64,000 nucleotides of DNA from Squalus acanthias (taxonomy: Eukaryota), in NCBI GenBank assembly GCA_030390025.1, contig CM059431.1:151840001-151904000 (forward strand), in the 5' to 3' direction. The position numbers and the translations under genes are program-made. Positions 49,335 to 62,000 of the stretch are shown here, one piece after another; the stretch's first letter is position 1, and every line of letters begins with the position of its first letter. The notes beneath the pieces are model-generated. The model did not search any database. It saw nothing but the letters and a program-made list of their open reading frames with translations, and was not told the DNA's origin.

Positions 49335-50228
49335 TATTACCCAAGTTCCGAATCAATGTCCAGGGTGATTGCACCATCTTCAACAGCTCTTTCCTGAATT
49401 TTGTTTGGGTCGCTGCATAAATGCACGTGTTTGTACAGGAGCTCAAATACATGAGCATAAATCCGGTTGCAGAGGCGATGTATGCAGGAGATGTATAGTC
49501 GGGTCGAACTAAAGTGACAAGGGAGTTAATTAAATAACTAACGCAAGTTGTCAGCCACAACAATATAAAACTGCCCGATACACTGAACAGTAAAATGATG
49601 GACTTTCTCCGGCTCTCCATCTCTGGATCGCTCTGATTCTCACTGCAGTGACCCCGGAGTCTCCTGCGGGCTCTACTGGCAGCTAGAATACGCCTGACTG
49701 TCAAACCATTAAACAGAAATATCAAAGCGAAGGGAAGCCCTGGACATACAACAGTTTCGAACCAGGCGAATGCTATACCTATAGGCGAGGTAAAAAAGTC
49801 AATTTTCAAGCGGCAACCCCAGTGAATATTGTTAATGATTCGTTCAGTTTCAGATGCAAAAGCAAAGGGGATATTGTCCAACCAAAGCAGAACAGAGACT
49901 GTTGTTATGACAGCGGCCGCAGTTCTCACTGTGCAATATTTCGTTTTAAACTTCTCACAACTTATCGCGACAAAGCGGTCAAATGTGAAGGTGACGGTAA
50001 ACCACACGGACATATCGAGGGCAACAGTATTCAAGTATATAAGCAACCTACAGGCGGCAGTGTAGCCGAGGAATGAATGTGGAAAGTGATATGTAAAAAC
50101 GCTGTGCAGCAGCACATTGTTGACCATGACCAGTAGATCTGCTGTTGCCATGGCCACCATGTAGACCGAGATACCTTTGGAAAGATCACATTTTCCTCCG
50201 GAGAGAATCACAATTGTCAGTAGGTTCG
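49327..50228 (-). CDS. GPR139-like class A GPCR (copy 3), exon 2; spliced product 323 aa
   Basis: Acceptor tccctcttccttgcag and an open frame with AMATADL, FTFDRFVAIS, ESRRKSIILL and SSCTNTCIY. The last two codons and the stop come from the CR1. Confidence 0.92.
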
Positions 50229-50559
50229 CTGCAAGGAAGAGGGACAAGCGGTCAGTAACGGGCACACTTGGGTAAATCTCACACCATATTGTGGGGAAAT
50301 GTTCAGATGTGTCCATGTGCAGGCGGATTTTTAATTATATATGCGAGCGTTAACGAAGTGGTATTTCAAAAAAAATAATCGAACATTCAATATAGAGTAA
50401 CTGAAAATCCGCCATTCTTCCACTCATACTTCAGACAGACATCGCCAAATTTAAATCTCATAGTAACTACTGCAAAGATATGAATTTAAACGAAACATTC
50501 AGTTGAGAGAACATCATTCAATTTAGATCGAAAGTTTGCGATTTTTTTCTGCACAGTGC

Positions 50560-51325
50560 TAATAAATGGCAGGTAACATTAGCGCCACAGAAATGCCAGG
50601 CAATGATTATCCTCAACAAGTGAGAGTCCAACCACCTCCCTTTGACATTCAATGGCATTGCCATGGCAAAATCCCCCACCATCAGCATCCTGGGGGTTAA
50701 AATTGACCAGAAACTTAACTGGACCAGCCACATATGTACTGTGGGAAAAAGAGCAGGTCAAAGGCTAGGTATTCTGTGGCGAGTGTCTCACCTGATGTCT
50801 CCCCAAAGACATTCTACCATCTACAAGGCACAAGTAAGGAGGGTGATGGAATACTCTCCACTTGCCTGGATGACTGCAACTTCAACAACACTCAAGAAGC
50901 TCGACACTATCCAAGACAAAGCAGCCCACTTGATTGCAACCACATCCACCACCTTTAAGATTCACTCCCTCCACCACCGGCGTACCGTGGCTGCAGTGTG
51001 TACCATCTGCAAGATGCACTGCAGCAACTCGGCAAAGCTTATTCGGCAGCACCTCACAAAACCGCGAAATCTTCCACCTAGAAGGACAAGGGCAGCTGGC
51101 GCATGGGGACAGCACCAAGTTCCCCTCCAAGTCACACATCAGCCTGACATAGAAGAATATCGCCTATCTGTTATCCTCGCTGGATCAAAATGCTGGAACT
51201 CCCTACCTAACAGCACAGTGGGAGTAACTTCACCACACGGACTGCAGCGGTTCAAGAAGGCAGCTCACCACCAGAGTATCAAGGGCAATTAGGGATGAAC
51301 TTGCCTGCGACGCCCACATCCAAAA
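50560..51325 (+). mobile_element. 3' fragment of a different non-LTR retrotransposon lineage in the GPCR copy 3 intron
   Basis: ORF 50642-51292 (ILGVKIDQKLNW...IYKAQVRRVMEYSPLAW...LDTIQDKA) is a LINE ORF2 C-terminus unlike the dominant CR1s. It is absent from the paralog introns. Confidence 0.8.
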
Positions 51326-51872
51326 AACGAATAAAAAAAAACGCCCTGGGAAGGGGATTCGCGGGGAGGGGCGGGGGCTGGGGGTTGCTGCAGCTGCTCG
51401 GTAACAGAGCGGAAGCTGGAGGAGATGCGAAGGTTCTTTGCAGCCATGGGGAGGAGAGCAGCAACCTGAGAGGCAATTATGACTCCAAATCTCTTTCAAC
51501 GTCCCCTGTTGGGTGGAGCTGGCTGCTGTCTGAACAATGATCAATGTAAAATAAACAGGCTACAAGTGTGCAATTGTCGCGATTAACATCCACACGAAGG
51601 AACACATCCTGTAGGATTTCTATACTATTGGTGGAGCCGGGGGAATGTCAGCTTCAACCTCCCTGAGTACAGGGAGGAAAGGCGAGCGCCTGGCACCTAC
51701 GATCTACCGACCAGCCTCACCACCCACGCGGACTGGTTGGATTCCCACTGACATCCACCAACTTATCCCGATGGTTAGGTGACTCTGCAATGAGAACCTT
51801 CTCCGAATCATTACATAATCATTAACACTGAGATAGTCAACAGCCATTAGACAACAGGATACACTGACTTAC

Positions 51873-51942
51873 CGGGAATGCCAAAGGCTGCGAGAGCAGG
51901 GTAGAAAAACAAGCGGACCATTTGAATTGTTGGCAGTGCCAT
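51873..51942 (-). CDS. GPR139-like GPCR (copy 3), exon 1
   Basis: 70 nt encoding MALPTIQMVRLFFYPALAAFGIP plus G, then GTAAGT; phase matches exon 2. Confidence 0.88.
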
Positions 51943-52355
51943 TTTAATTTTAGCAGAATATGTGACTTCTGTCTGGCTTTATGGTTCGCATCACAGTGTA
52001 CACACGATCCATAAACACTCTCCTTTTATAGAATACTCGGAGCCCCGGTGAGAAATTAAGTCACAGGACAATTGGCGTTAGTTACAGTCACTTAACAAAC
52101 AAGGCATGATTTTCCGCTTCAGTGTGCCTGGGACAACAAAGGGGACCTTTTACAACTTAGTTCATGAAAATCCATCAATTCAAATGAATAAGCGGGAACT
52201 CATAGCAGATGGAATGTACTGTGCACATTCACCGTGATCCCCGAAGGGAAGTTCCCACACGGGCATTGCGTTAGATTACTGGTGCCTCGTTATAATTCGT
52301 GAAATCTTAACTCATCCATTAGATCGTTAAATTTAACTTTGCACCATGATGAAAA
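51943..52355 (-). promoter_or_regulatory. Putative promoter/5'UTR of GPCR copy 3 (TATAAAA at 52030-52024)
   Basis: TATA box at the same spacing as in copy 2; homologous to 11496-11871. Confidence 0.6.
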
Positions 52356-52757
52356 ATGGTGGTGACCCTTCTCTAACCTTACTTCCGGTGACCCTACTCT
52401 AACATTACTGGTGGTGACCCTGCTCTAACATTACTTGTGGTGACCCTACTCTAACCTTACAGGTGGTTACCGTTATCTAATATTAATGGTGAGATCCCTG
52501 CTCTAAAATTACTGGTGGTGACCCTACTCTAACATTACTGGTGGCGACCCTTCTCTAACCTTACTGGTGGTGACTCTACTCTAGCATTACTGGTGGTGAA
52601 CCTACTCTAACATTACTGGTGGCGACCCTACTCTAACATTACTGGTGGTGACTTTATTCTAACATTATTGATGTTGACAGTACACTGACGTTACTGGTGG
52701 TGATCATATTCTAACATTGCTGGTGGTAACTCTACTCTGACATTGCTGGTGGTGATC
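52356..52757 (-). repeat. 26-bp minisatellite, about 15 copies, same unit as 8945-11495
   Basis: Plus strand GGTGGTGACCCTACTCTAACATTACT is the reverse complement of the first array's unit. Confidence 0.95.
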
Positions 52758-52759
52758 AT

Positions 52760-53643
52760 AACCTTCAGTGCACTATGGCAAGTATATCCTTTCTTTGGTA
52801 AGGAGAACAAAACTGCACCCAGTACCAAAGTCCTGTTTCACTGTAGTAGTAAGATATCCTTGCTCCTGTATTAAAATCCTCTTGCAATGAAGGCCGACAT
52901 ACCATGTGCCTTCCTCACCGCTTGCTGCACCTGTATGTTTGCTTTCAGTGACTGGTGTACAAGGACACCCAGGTCCCTTTTAACATCACAATTTTCTAAT
53001 CTATCACCATTCAAATAATACTCTGCCTTTCTCTTTTTCCTATCTAAGCGGTTAACTTCACAAGTATCCACGTTATACTGCATCTGCCATGTATTTGCCC
53101 ACTCACTCAACTTGTCTAAATCTCCTTGAAGCCTCTTTGCATCCTCCTCATAACTCACAATCCCACCGAGTTCCTTGTCGTCAGCGAGATTGAAAATATT
53201 GCATTTGGTTCCCTCATCCAAATCATTGATATATATTGTGAATAGCTGGGGCACACACGCTGATATCTGCGGTACCCCACTAGTCACCGCCTGCCACCCC
53301 GAAAAAGACTCATTTATTCCTACTCTATGGTTCCTGTCTTGTAACTCATTGTCAATCCATGCCAGTATATTACCCCCAATCCATGTGCTTTAATTTTGCA
53401 CACTAACCTCTTATGTAGGACTTTATCAAAGGCCTTCTGAAAATCCAAATACATCACATCCACTGGTTCTCCCATGTCTATTCTACCATTCACATCCTCA
53501 AAAATGTCCAATAGGTTTGTCAAACACGAAATCCCTTTCATAAATCCATGCTGACTCTGTCTAATCCCGTTGATATTTTCTAAATGTCCTGTTGTCACAC
53601 CCTTTATAATAGCCTCTGTGTTATCCCTGCTACTGATGTTAGG
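52760..53643 (-). mobile_element. CR1 RT internal fragment
   Basis: SQHGFMKG...DFQKAFDKV and YINDLDEG. Confidence 0.9.
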
Positions 53644-54230
53644 ACACGCTTGATAATTGATAGGAGACGACTGATAATTGATCATACACGCTTGATCATT
53701 GATAGAAGAAGTTTGATAATTGATAACACACGCATGATAATTGATAGGACCTGCTTGATAAGTGAAAATACACGCTTGATAATTGAAAGGACACGCTTTA
53801 AAATTGATAGGAGACGACTGATAATTGATAATACACGCTTGATATTTGATAGTACATGTTTGATAATTGATAATACACGCTTGATAATTGATAGGACACC
53901 GTTCGTAATTGACAAGCTACGCTTGATAATTGATCAGATAAGCTTAATTATTGATAGGACATGTTTGGTAATTGACAGGAGACGACTGATAATCTTTAAT
54001 ACACGCTTGATAATTGATAATTCACAATTGATAATTGAAAGGACGCACGTGATAATTGATAGTACACGCTTGATAATTAGTTGGAAATGCTTGATAATCA
54101 ATAATACAAGCTTGATAATTGATAATACACGCTTAATAATTGATAGGACATGCAGGATAATAGATAATAGATGCTTAATAATTAATAGAACATGCATGAT
54201 AAATGTTAAAACGCGCTTGATAATTGATAC
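53641..54230 (+). repeat. 21-bp tandem repeat, about 28 copies
   Basis: Consensus ACACGCTTGATAATTGATAGG; translates as TRLIIDR repeats. Confidence 0.92.
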
Positions 54231-54330
54231 AGAAGTATAAACAGAGGGGCCTGTGAGTGCAGCCTGCACTGAGTGCAGTGAGCACATAGATAACAACTGG
54301 GAGTTTGGTAAGTGTGGGAATTTTAAGGGT

Positions 54331-57300
54331 TACATAGAACAGTACAGCACAGTACAGGCCCTTCAGCCCTCGATGTTGTGCCGAGCATTGTCCGAACCCA
54401 AGATCATTCTGGTGTGCTCCATGTGCTTATCCAATAACCGCTTGAAAGTTCCTAAAGTGTCCGACTCCACTGTCACAGCAGGCAGTCCATTCCACACCCC
54501 AACCACTCTCTGAGTAAAGAATCTACCTCGGACATCCCTTCTATATCTCCCCCCATGCACCTTATAGTTATGCCCCCTTGTAACATATACATCCACCCGA
54601 GGAAATAGTCTCTGAACATCCACTCTATCTATCCCCCTCATCATCTTATAAACCTCTATTAATTCGCCTCTCATCCTCCTCCGCTCTAAAGAGAAAAGCC
54701 CTAGCTCCCTCAATCTTTCCTCATAAGACCTCCCCCCGCAAAACCAGGCCGCATCCTGGTAAATCTCCTTTGCACTCTTTCCAATGCTTCCACGTCCTTC
54801 CTATAGTGAGGTGGCCAGAACTGCACACAATATTCCAAATGTGGTCTCACCAAGGTCCTGTACAGTTGCAGCATAACCTCACGGTTCTTAAACTCAAACT
54901 CCTTGTTAATAAACGCTAACACACTATAGGCCTTCTTTACTGCTCTATCCACTTGAGTGGCAAGCTTCAGAGATCTGTGGATATGAACCCCCAGATCCCT
55001 CTGTTCCACCACGTTCCTCAGAACCCTGCCGTTGACCCTGTAATCCTTATTCAAATTTGCCCTACCAAAATGAATCACCTCGCACTTATCAGGGTTAAAT
55101 TCCATCTGCCATTTTTCGGCCCAGTTCTGCATCCTATCAATGTCTCTTTGCAGCCTACAACAGCCCTCCACCTCATCCACTACTCCACCAATCTTGGTGT
55201 CATCAGCAAATTTACTGATCCACCCTTCAGTCCCCTCCTCCAAGTCATTGAAAAAAATCACAAACAGCAGAGGACCCAGCACCGACCCCTGTGGCACACC
55301 GCTGGTAACTGGTCTCCAGTCCGAAAATTTTCCATCCACCACCACCCTCTGCCTTCTATGAGATAGCCAGTTACTTATCCAATCGGCCAAATTTCCCTCT
55401 ATCCCACAACTCCTTACTTTCTTCAGGAGCCGACCATGGGGAACCTTATCAAATGCCTTACTAAAATCCATTTATACGACATCAACTGCTCTACCTTCAT
55501 CTACACACTTAGTTACCTCCTCCAATAATTCAATCAAATTTGTTAGGCAAGACTTACCCTTCACGAATCCGTGTTGACTATCCCGGATTAAGTTGCATCT
55601 TTCCAAATGGTCATAAATCCTATCCCTCAGGACTTTTCCATTATCTTACCAACCACCGAAGTAAGACTAACCGGCCTATAATTACCAGGGTCATTCCTAT
55701 TTCCTTTCTTGAAGAGAGGAACAACATTCGCCACTCTCCAGTCCTCTGGCACCATCCCCGTGGACAGTGAGGACCCAAAGATCAAAGCCAAAGGCTCTGC
55801 AATCTCCTCCCTTGCCTCCCAAAGAATCCTAGGATATATTCCATCTGGCCCAGGGGACTTATCGACCCTCAGGTTCTTCAAAATTGCTGAAACATCTTCC
55901 TTCAGAACATCTACCTCCTCCAGCCTATCCACCTTTATCACACTCTCATCCTCAAAAACATGGCCCCTCTCCTCGGTGAACACTGACGAGAAGTATTCAT
56001 TCATCACCTCTCCTATCCCTTCTGACTCCATGCACAAGTTCCCACTACTGTCCTTGACCAGCCCTACCCTCACCCTGGTCATTCTTTTATTTCTCACATA
56101 AGAGTAAAAAGCCTTGGGGTTTTCCTTGATCCGACCCGCCAAGGACTTCTCATGCCCCCTCCTAGCTCTCCTAAGCTCTTTTTTTTTAGCTCTTTACTTG
56201 CTACCTTGTACCCCTCAATCGACCCAACTGAACCTTGTTTTCCCATCCTTACATACGCTTCCTTTTTCCTCTTGACTGGACTTTCAACCTCTTTTGTGAA
56301 ACATGGTTCTCTCACTCGGCCATTTCTTCCCTGCCTGACAGGGACATACCTATCAAGGACACGCAGTAATTGCTCCATGAAAAAGCTCCACTTTTCGTTT
56401 GTGCCTTTCCCTGATAGTTTCTGTTCCCATCTTATGCTCCCTAATTCTTGCCTAATCGCATCATAATTACCCCTCCCCCAATTATAAACCCTGCCCTGCC
56501 GTATGGCCCTATCCCTCTCCATTGCAATAGTGAAAGTCACCGAATTGTGGTCACTATCTCCAAAGTGCTCTCCCACATACAAATCAAACACTTGGCCCCG
56601 TTCATTACCCAGTACCAAATCCAATGTGGCCCCACCTCTTGTCGGCCTATCCACATATTGTGTCAGGAAACCCTCCTGCACACACTGTGCAAAAACTATC
56701 CCATCCGAACTGTTTGACCTATAAAGGTTCCAATCAATATTTGGAAAGTTGAAGTCACCCATGACAACTACTCTGTGACCTCCACACCTATTCATAATCT
56801 GCTTTGCAATTTCTTCCTCCACATCTCTATTACTATTTGGGGGCCTGTAGAAAACTCCTAACAACGTGACCGCTCCTTTCCTATTTCTAACTTCAGCCCA
56901 TATTACCTCAGACGGCAGATCCCCCTCGAACTGCCTTTCTTCCGCTGTTAAACTATCCTTGATTAACAATGCTACTCCTCCACCTTTCTTACCACCTTCC
57001 CTACTCTTACTGAAACATCTATACCCCGGAACTTCCAACAACAATTCCTGTCCCTGTTCTAACCATGTCTCCGTAATGGCCACCACATCGTAGTCCCAAG
57101 GAGCAATCCACGCTCCAAGTTCTCCTACCTTATTCCGGATGCTCCTTGCATTGAAGTAGACACACTTCAAGCCACCTTCCTGTCTGCCGGTACATTCCTG
57201 CGACCTTGATACCCTCCTCAGTACCTCCCTACACTCATCACTGGCTCCTGGACTACAGCCCTTTTTCCCATCCCCCTGACAAATTAGTTTAAACCCCCCC

Positions 57301-58165
57301 GAAGAGCCGTAGCAAATTTCCCTCCCAGGATATTGGTGCCCCTCCGGTTCAGGTGTAAACCGTCCTGTTTGTACAGGTCCCACCTTCCCCAGAATGTGCT
57401 CCAATTATCCACATAACTGAAACCCTCCCCCCTACACCATCCCTGCAGCCACGTGTTTATCTGCACTCTCTCCCTGTTCCTCAACTCGCTAGCACGTGGC
57501 ACCGGCAACAAACCAGAGATTACAACATGGTTTGTACTGGCTCTCCCAACCTAGCTTCCTAAATTCCTGTTTTAAATTCCCGTCTCTTCTCCTACCTATG
57601 TCGTTGGGATCGATGCGTACCACGACTTGTGATTGTTCCCCCTCCCCCTTGAGGATTCTGAAAACACGGTCCGAGACGTCACGGACCCTGGCACCCGGGA
57701 GGCAACATACCATCCGTGAGTCTCTTTTGCTGCCAAAGGACCTCCAATCTGTCCCTCTGACTATTGAGTCCCCAATAACTATTGCTCTCCTGCTCTCCCC
57801 CCTTCCCTTCTGAGTCACAGGGACGGACTCAGCGCCGGAGATCGGGTCACCGTGGCTTACCACTGGTAGGTCGTCCCGCTCAACAGTATCAAAGCGGTAT
57901 ACTTATTACTGAGGGGAACGACCACAGAGGATCCCTGCACTGACTGCTTCCTCCTAGCCCCTCTCACTGTCACCCATCTATCTTCATTCTTTGGAGTAAA
58001 TACAGCCCTGAAGCTTCTGTCTGTGACCAGCTCTGCCTCCCGAATGATCCGAAGTTCATTCAGCTCCAGCTCCAGTTCCCTAACGCGGTTTTCGAGGAGC
58101 TGGAGATGGGTGCACTTCCCACAGGTCTAATCAGCAGGGACACCGACGGCGTCCCTCACCTCAAT
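54331..58165 (-). mobile_element. CR1 LINE, nearly full length, frameshifted
   Basis: ORF1 esterase (IVIGDSIVRG), EN (YFNARSIRNK), RT (KFADD) and 3' tail. Confidence 0.96.
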
Positions 58166-59074
58166 CTCTTTTAAAATTTCATTTTAAAATCTAGTGTAAA
58201 TAGCTAGCAGCTCTTAAGTAAGATTAACTGTTTAAGATAAAATTTGAACTTTAAATCTTTAAGTTTCATCCGGCTTAAGCAGAGACAAACAAGCAAGCTC
58301 TCCAGCTGGAAAGCTGCTGTAGTTAATTAGCTAACTAGATTAAACTGTTTCCTGAAACAGTAGTAGAGAAGTGCTGTCTCATCTGCGCTACAAAAAGTAT
58401 AAACACAGGGGCCTGTGAGTGCAGCCAGCACTGAGTGCAATGAGCAGTGAGTGAACAAATGGGAGTTTGGTAAGTGTGGGAGTTTAGTGAAGTGGGTGTA
58501 GGAGGTGCTTACTTTTCCTAACTTCTCCCGCAGAGCAGCTGCGGACCTGAGCAGGAGCAGACCGAGGCCCGGGAGCAGGCATAAAAGCAGCAGCAGAACT
58601 GCAACAACAAGTGAAAATGGCAGTGTGATGTCACAGATAAGGCAGGTAATTAATTGTTAGTGACTGTGGGATAAGTTTTAAGTTGACAAATAGCATATAA
58701 ATAAATGTTAAATACTAAACTTAATTTAATTAATTTAATAAACTAAACGAGGTAAATAATTTTATTAACAATAAACTGATTAATTAAATAAATAAAATAA
58801 TGGCAGAACAGGAGATGAGTTGCTGCTGCAATATGTGGGAGCTTCTGGACATTTTTGTCCAGGGCGACTACATCTGTGGTCAGTGTCTGTAGCACGAGGG
58901 ACTTCGGTGGGGAGGTATGCTAGTACTGTTGGGGGGGGGGTGGGGGGATGTTAAACTAACTTGGCAGGGGGATGGTATACGGAGTGGAGCTAGAGTAGTG
59001 GGTGAGGCACAGACAAATATCGAGGAAAAAACAAGTCAGCCTGGAAGGCAGAGAAAATATGTAACGGCACAAGG
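58165..59074 (+). mobile_element. Host CR1, 5' part (5'UTR, ORF1 with large internal deletion); related 5'UTR piece at 54232-54330
   Basis: ORF1 start near 58800 is fused to the ORF1 end and linker that match 39860-40035. Confidence 0.75.
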
Positions 59075-62000
59075 CACAGGCGGCGACCAGGTAGGTTTAC
59101 CAATCTGAGCCCCGAGAGCGGGAGATAGAGAAGTAGAAAATAACCAAAGTTTGACGTCACCAGAAAGCAGGTAAGTGATTGGTTGGTGAGTATTTCTCTT
59201 TTTCTCCTTTTGTCCATACTTAAATTCTGTGGTCTATAGTTTCAGGACTCTCTGTGGTTTAGCGGGACTGCTGTTAAGCAAGCGCCCTTGAGTATATCAT
59301 TTAATTGAAGTGAAATTGGTGGGATTCAATTAGTTTAATTTTAATTAATTAATTAAAGGGTAAGTCATGTCAGGAGAGCTCGGCTCCATGGTGTGCTCCT
59401 CCTGCAATATGTGGGAAATCAGGGACACTTCCTGTGTCCCTGACGACCATGTGTGTGGGAAATGTATCCATCTGCAGCTACTGACGGACCGCATTGCGGC
59501 GCTGGAGCTGCGGATGGATGCATATTGGAGCATTCGCGACACTGAAAACGTCGTGAATAACACGTTTAGCGAGTTGGTCACACCGCAGGTAAAGGGTGTA
59601 CAGGCAGGAATTGAATGGGTGACCACCAGGCAGAGTAAGAGGTGCAGGCAGGTAGTGCAGGGGTCCCCTGTGGCCATCCCCCTCTCAAACAGATATACCA
59701 CTTTGGATGCTGTTGGGGGGGATGGCTTATCAGGGGAAGGCGGCAGCAGCCAACTTCTTGGCACCAAGGGTGGCTCTGCTGCACAGGCTTGGAGGAAAAA
59801 CTATGGAAGAGCTATAGTGATAGGGGATTCAATTGTAAGGGGAATAGATAGGCGTTTCTGCTTCCGCAATCGAGACTCCAGGATGGTGTGTTGCCTCCCT
59901 GGTGCAAGGGTTAAGGACGTCTCGGAGCGGCTACAGAACACTTTGGAGGGGGAGGGCGAACAGCCAGTTGTCGTGGTGCACATAGGCATCAACGATATAG
60001 GTAAAAAACGGGATGAGGTCCTAAAAGCAGAATATAGGGAGTTAGGAGGTAAATTAAAAAAGAGGACCTCAAAGCTAGTAATCTCAGGATTGCCACCAGT
60101 GCCATGTGCGAGTCAGAGTAGAAATCGGAGGATATTTCAAATAAATACGTGGCTAGAGGAATGGTGCAAGGGGGAGGGATTCAAATTCCTTGGACATTGG
60201 AACCGGTTCTGGGGGAGGTGGGACCAGTACAAACGGGACGGTCTGCACCTGGGCAGGGCCGGGTCGGATGTCCTAGCGGGAGTGTTTGCTAGTGCTGTTG
60301 GGGAGGGTTTAAACTAAAGTGGCAGGGGGTTGGGAACCTGAGCAAGGACACAGAGGAAAGGGAAACAAGGATAAAAGCAAAAGAAAGGAAGGAGAAAAAC
60401 AAAAGTAGAAGGCAAAGAACTCAACGGTTTAAATCAAACATGGTCAAAGTAAATAATAATTCATATAGGTCTGAAATCGTTAATAAAACAATCCTGAAGG
60501 CTTTGTGTCTTACTGCAAGGAGCATTCGGAACAAGGTGGATGAATTAGCTGCGCAAATAGAGGTAAATGAATACGATTTGATTGGGATTACAGAAACATG
60601 GCTCCAGGGTGGCCAAGGCTGGGAACTCAACATCCAGGGTTATTCAATATTTAGGAAAGATAAGCAAAAAAGAAAGGAAGGTGGGTTAGCATTGCTGGTT
60701 AAAGAGGGGATTAACACAATTGAAAGGAAGGATATTAGCTCTGATGATGCGGAATCTGTATGGGTAGAACTGAGAAATAACAAGGTGCAGAAAACGTTAG
60801 TGGGAATGGTATATAGACCTCCAAACAGTAATACGTAGGTTGGGGACGGCATTAAAAGGAAAATTAGAGAAGCATGCAGTAAGGGAACAGCAGTCATCAT
60901 GGGTGACTTTCATTTACATATAGATTGGGCTAACCAAATTAGTAAAAATACTGTGGAGGAGGAATTCCTAGAATGTTTGCGAGATGGTTTTCTGGAACAA
61001 CATGTCGAGGAACCAACCAGAGATCAGGCCATCTTAGACTGGGTATTATGTAACGAGAAAGGATTAATTAGCAATCTTGTTGTACGAGGCCCCTTGGGTC
61101 AGAGTGATCATAATATGATAGAATTACTTCATTAGGATGGAGAGTGAAGCAGTTGAATCAGAGACATGGGTCCTGAATTTAAATAAAGGAAACTACGATG
61201 GTATGAGGCGTGAATTGGGTAGGATTGATTGGGGAATGTCACTCAAGGGGTTGACGGTGGATAGGCAATTGCAAACATTCAAAGACTGCATGGATGAACT
61301 ACAGAATTTGTACATCCCAGTGTGGCATAAGAATAAATCAAAAAGGGTGACTCAACCGTGGCTAAAAAGGGAAATTCGGGATAGCATAAGATCCAAGGAG
61401 AGGGCATATAAATTGGCCAGAAAAAGCGGTAGCCCTGAGGATTGGGAGCAGTTTAGGATTCAACAAAGGAGGATAAAGGGATTAATTAAGAAGGGGAAAA
61501 TAGAATATGAAAGTAAGCTTGCTGGGAATATAAAAACTGACTGTAAGAGCTTTTATAGATATGTGAAGAGAAAAAGATTAGTGAAATAAAGTGTAGGTCC
61601 CTTGCAGTCAGAAGCGGGGGAAGTTATAATGGGGAACAAAGAAATGGCAGCGCAATTAATTGCATATTTTGGTTCTGTCTTCACAAAGGAAAACACAAAT
61701 AAGCTCCCAGAGATGTTGGAGAACTTACGGTCTGATGAAAGGGAGGAACTGAAAGAAATCAGCATTTGCAGGGAACTGGTGTTAAGGAAATTGACGGTAT
61801 TGAAGGCCGATAAATACCCAGGGCCTGATAATCTACATCCTAGGGTACTTAAGGAAGTGGCCCTAGAAATAGTAGATGCATTGCTGATCATCTTCCAACA
61901 TTCGATGGAATCTGGAACTGTACCCATGGATTGGAGAGTAGCTAATGTTACCCCACTATTCAAAAAGGGTGGTACAGAGAAAGCGGGGAATTACAGACCG

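Noticed and set aside
53584..54240. 218-aa TRLIIDR-repeat ORF as a solenoid protein
   Set aside because: It is the stop-free frame of a 21-bp tandem repeat starting in antisense CR1 sequence, with no gene context.
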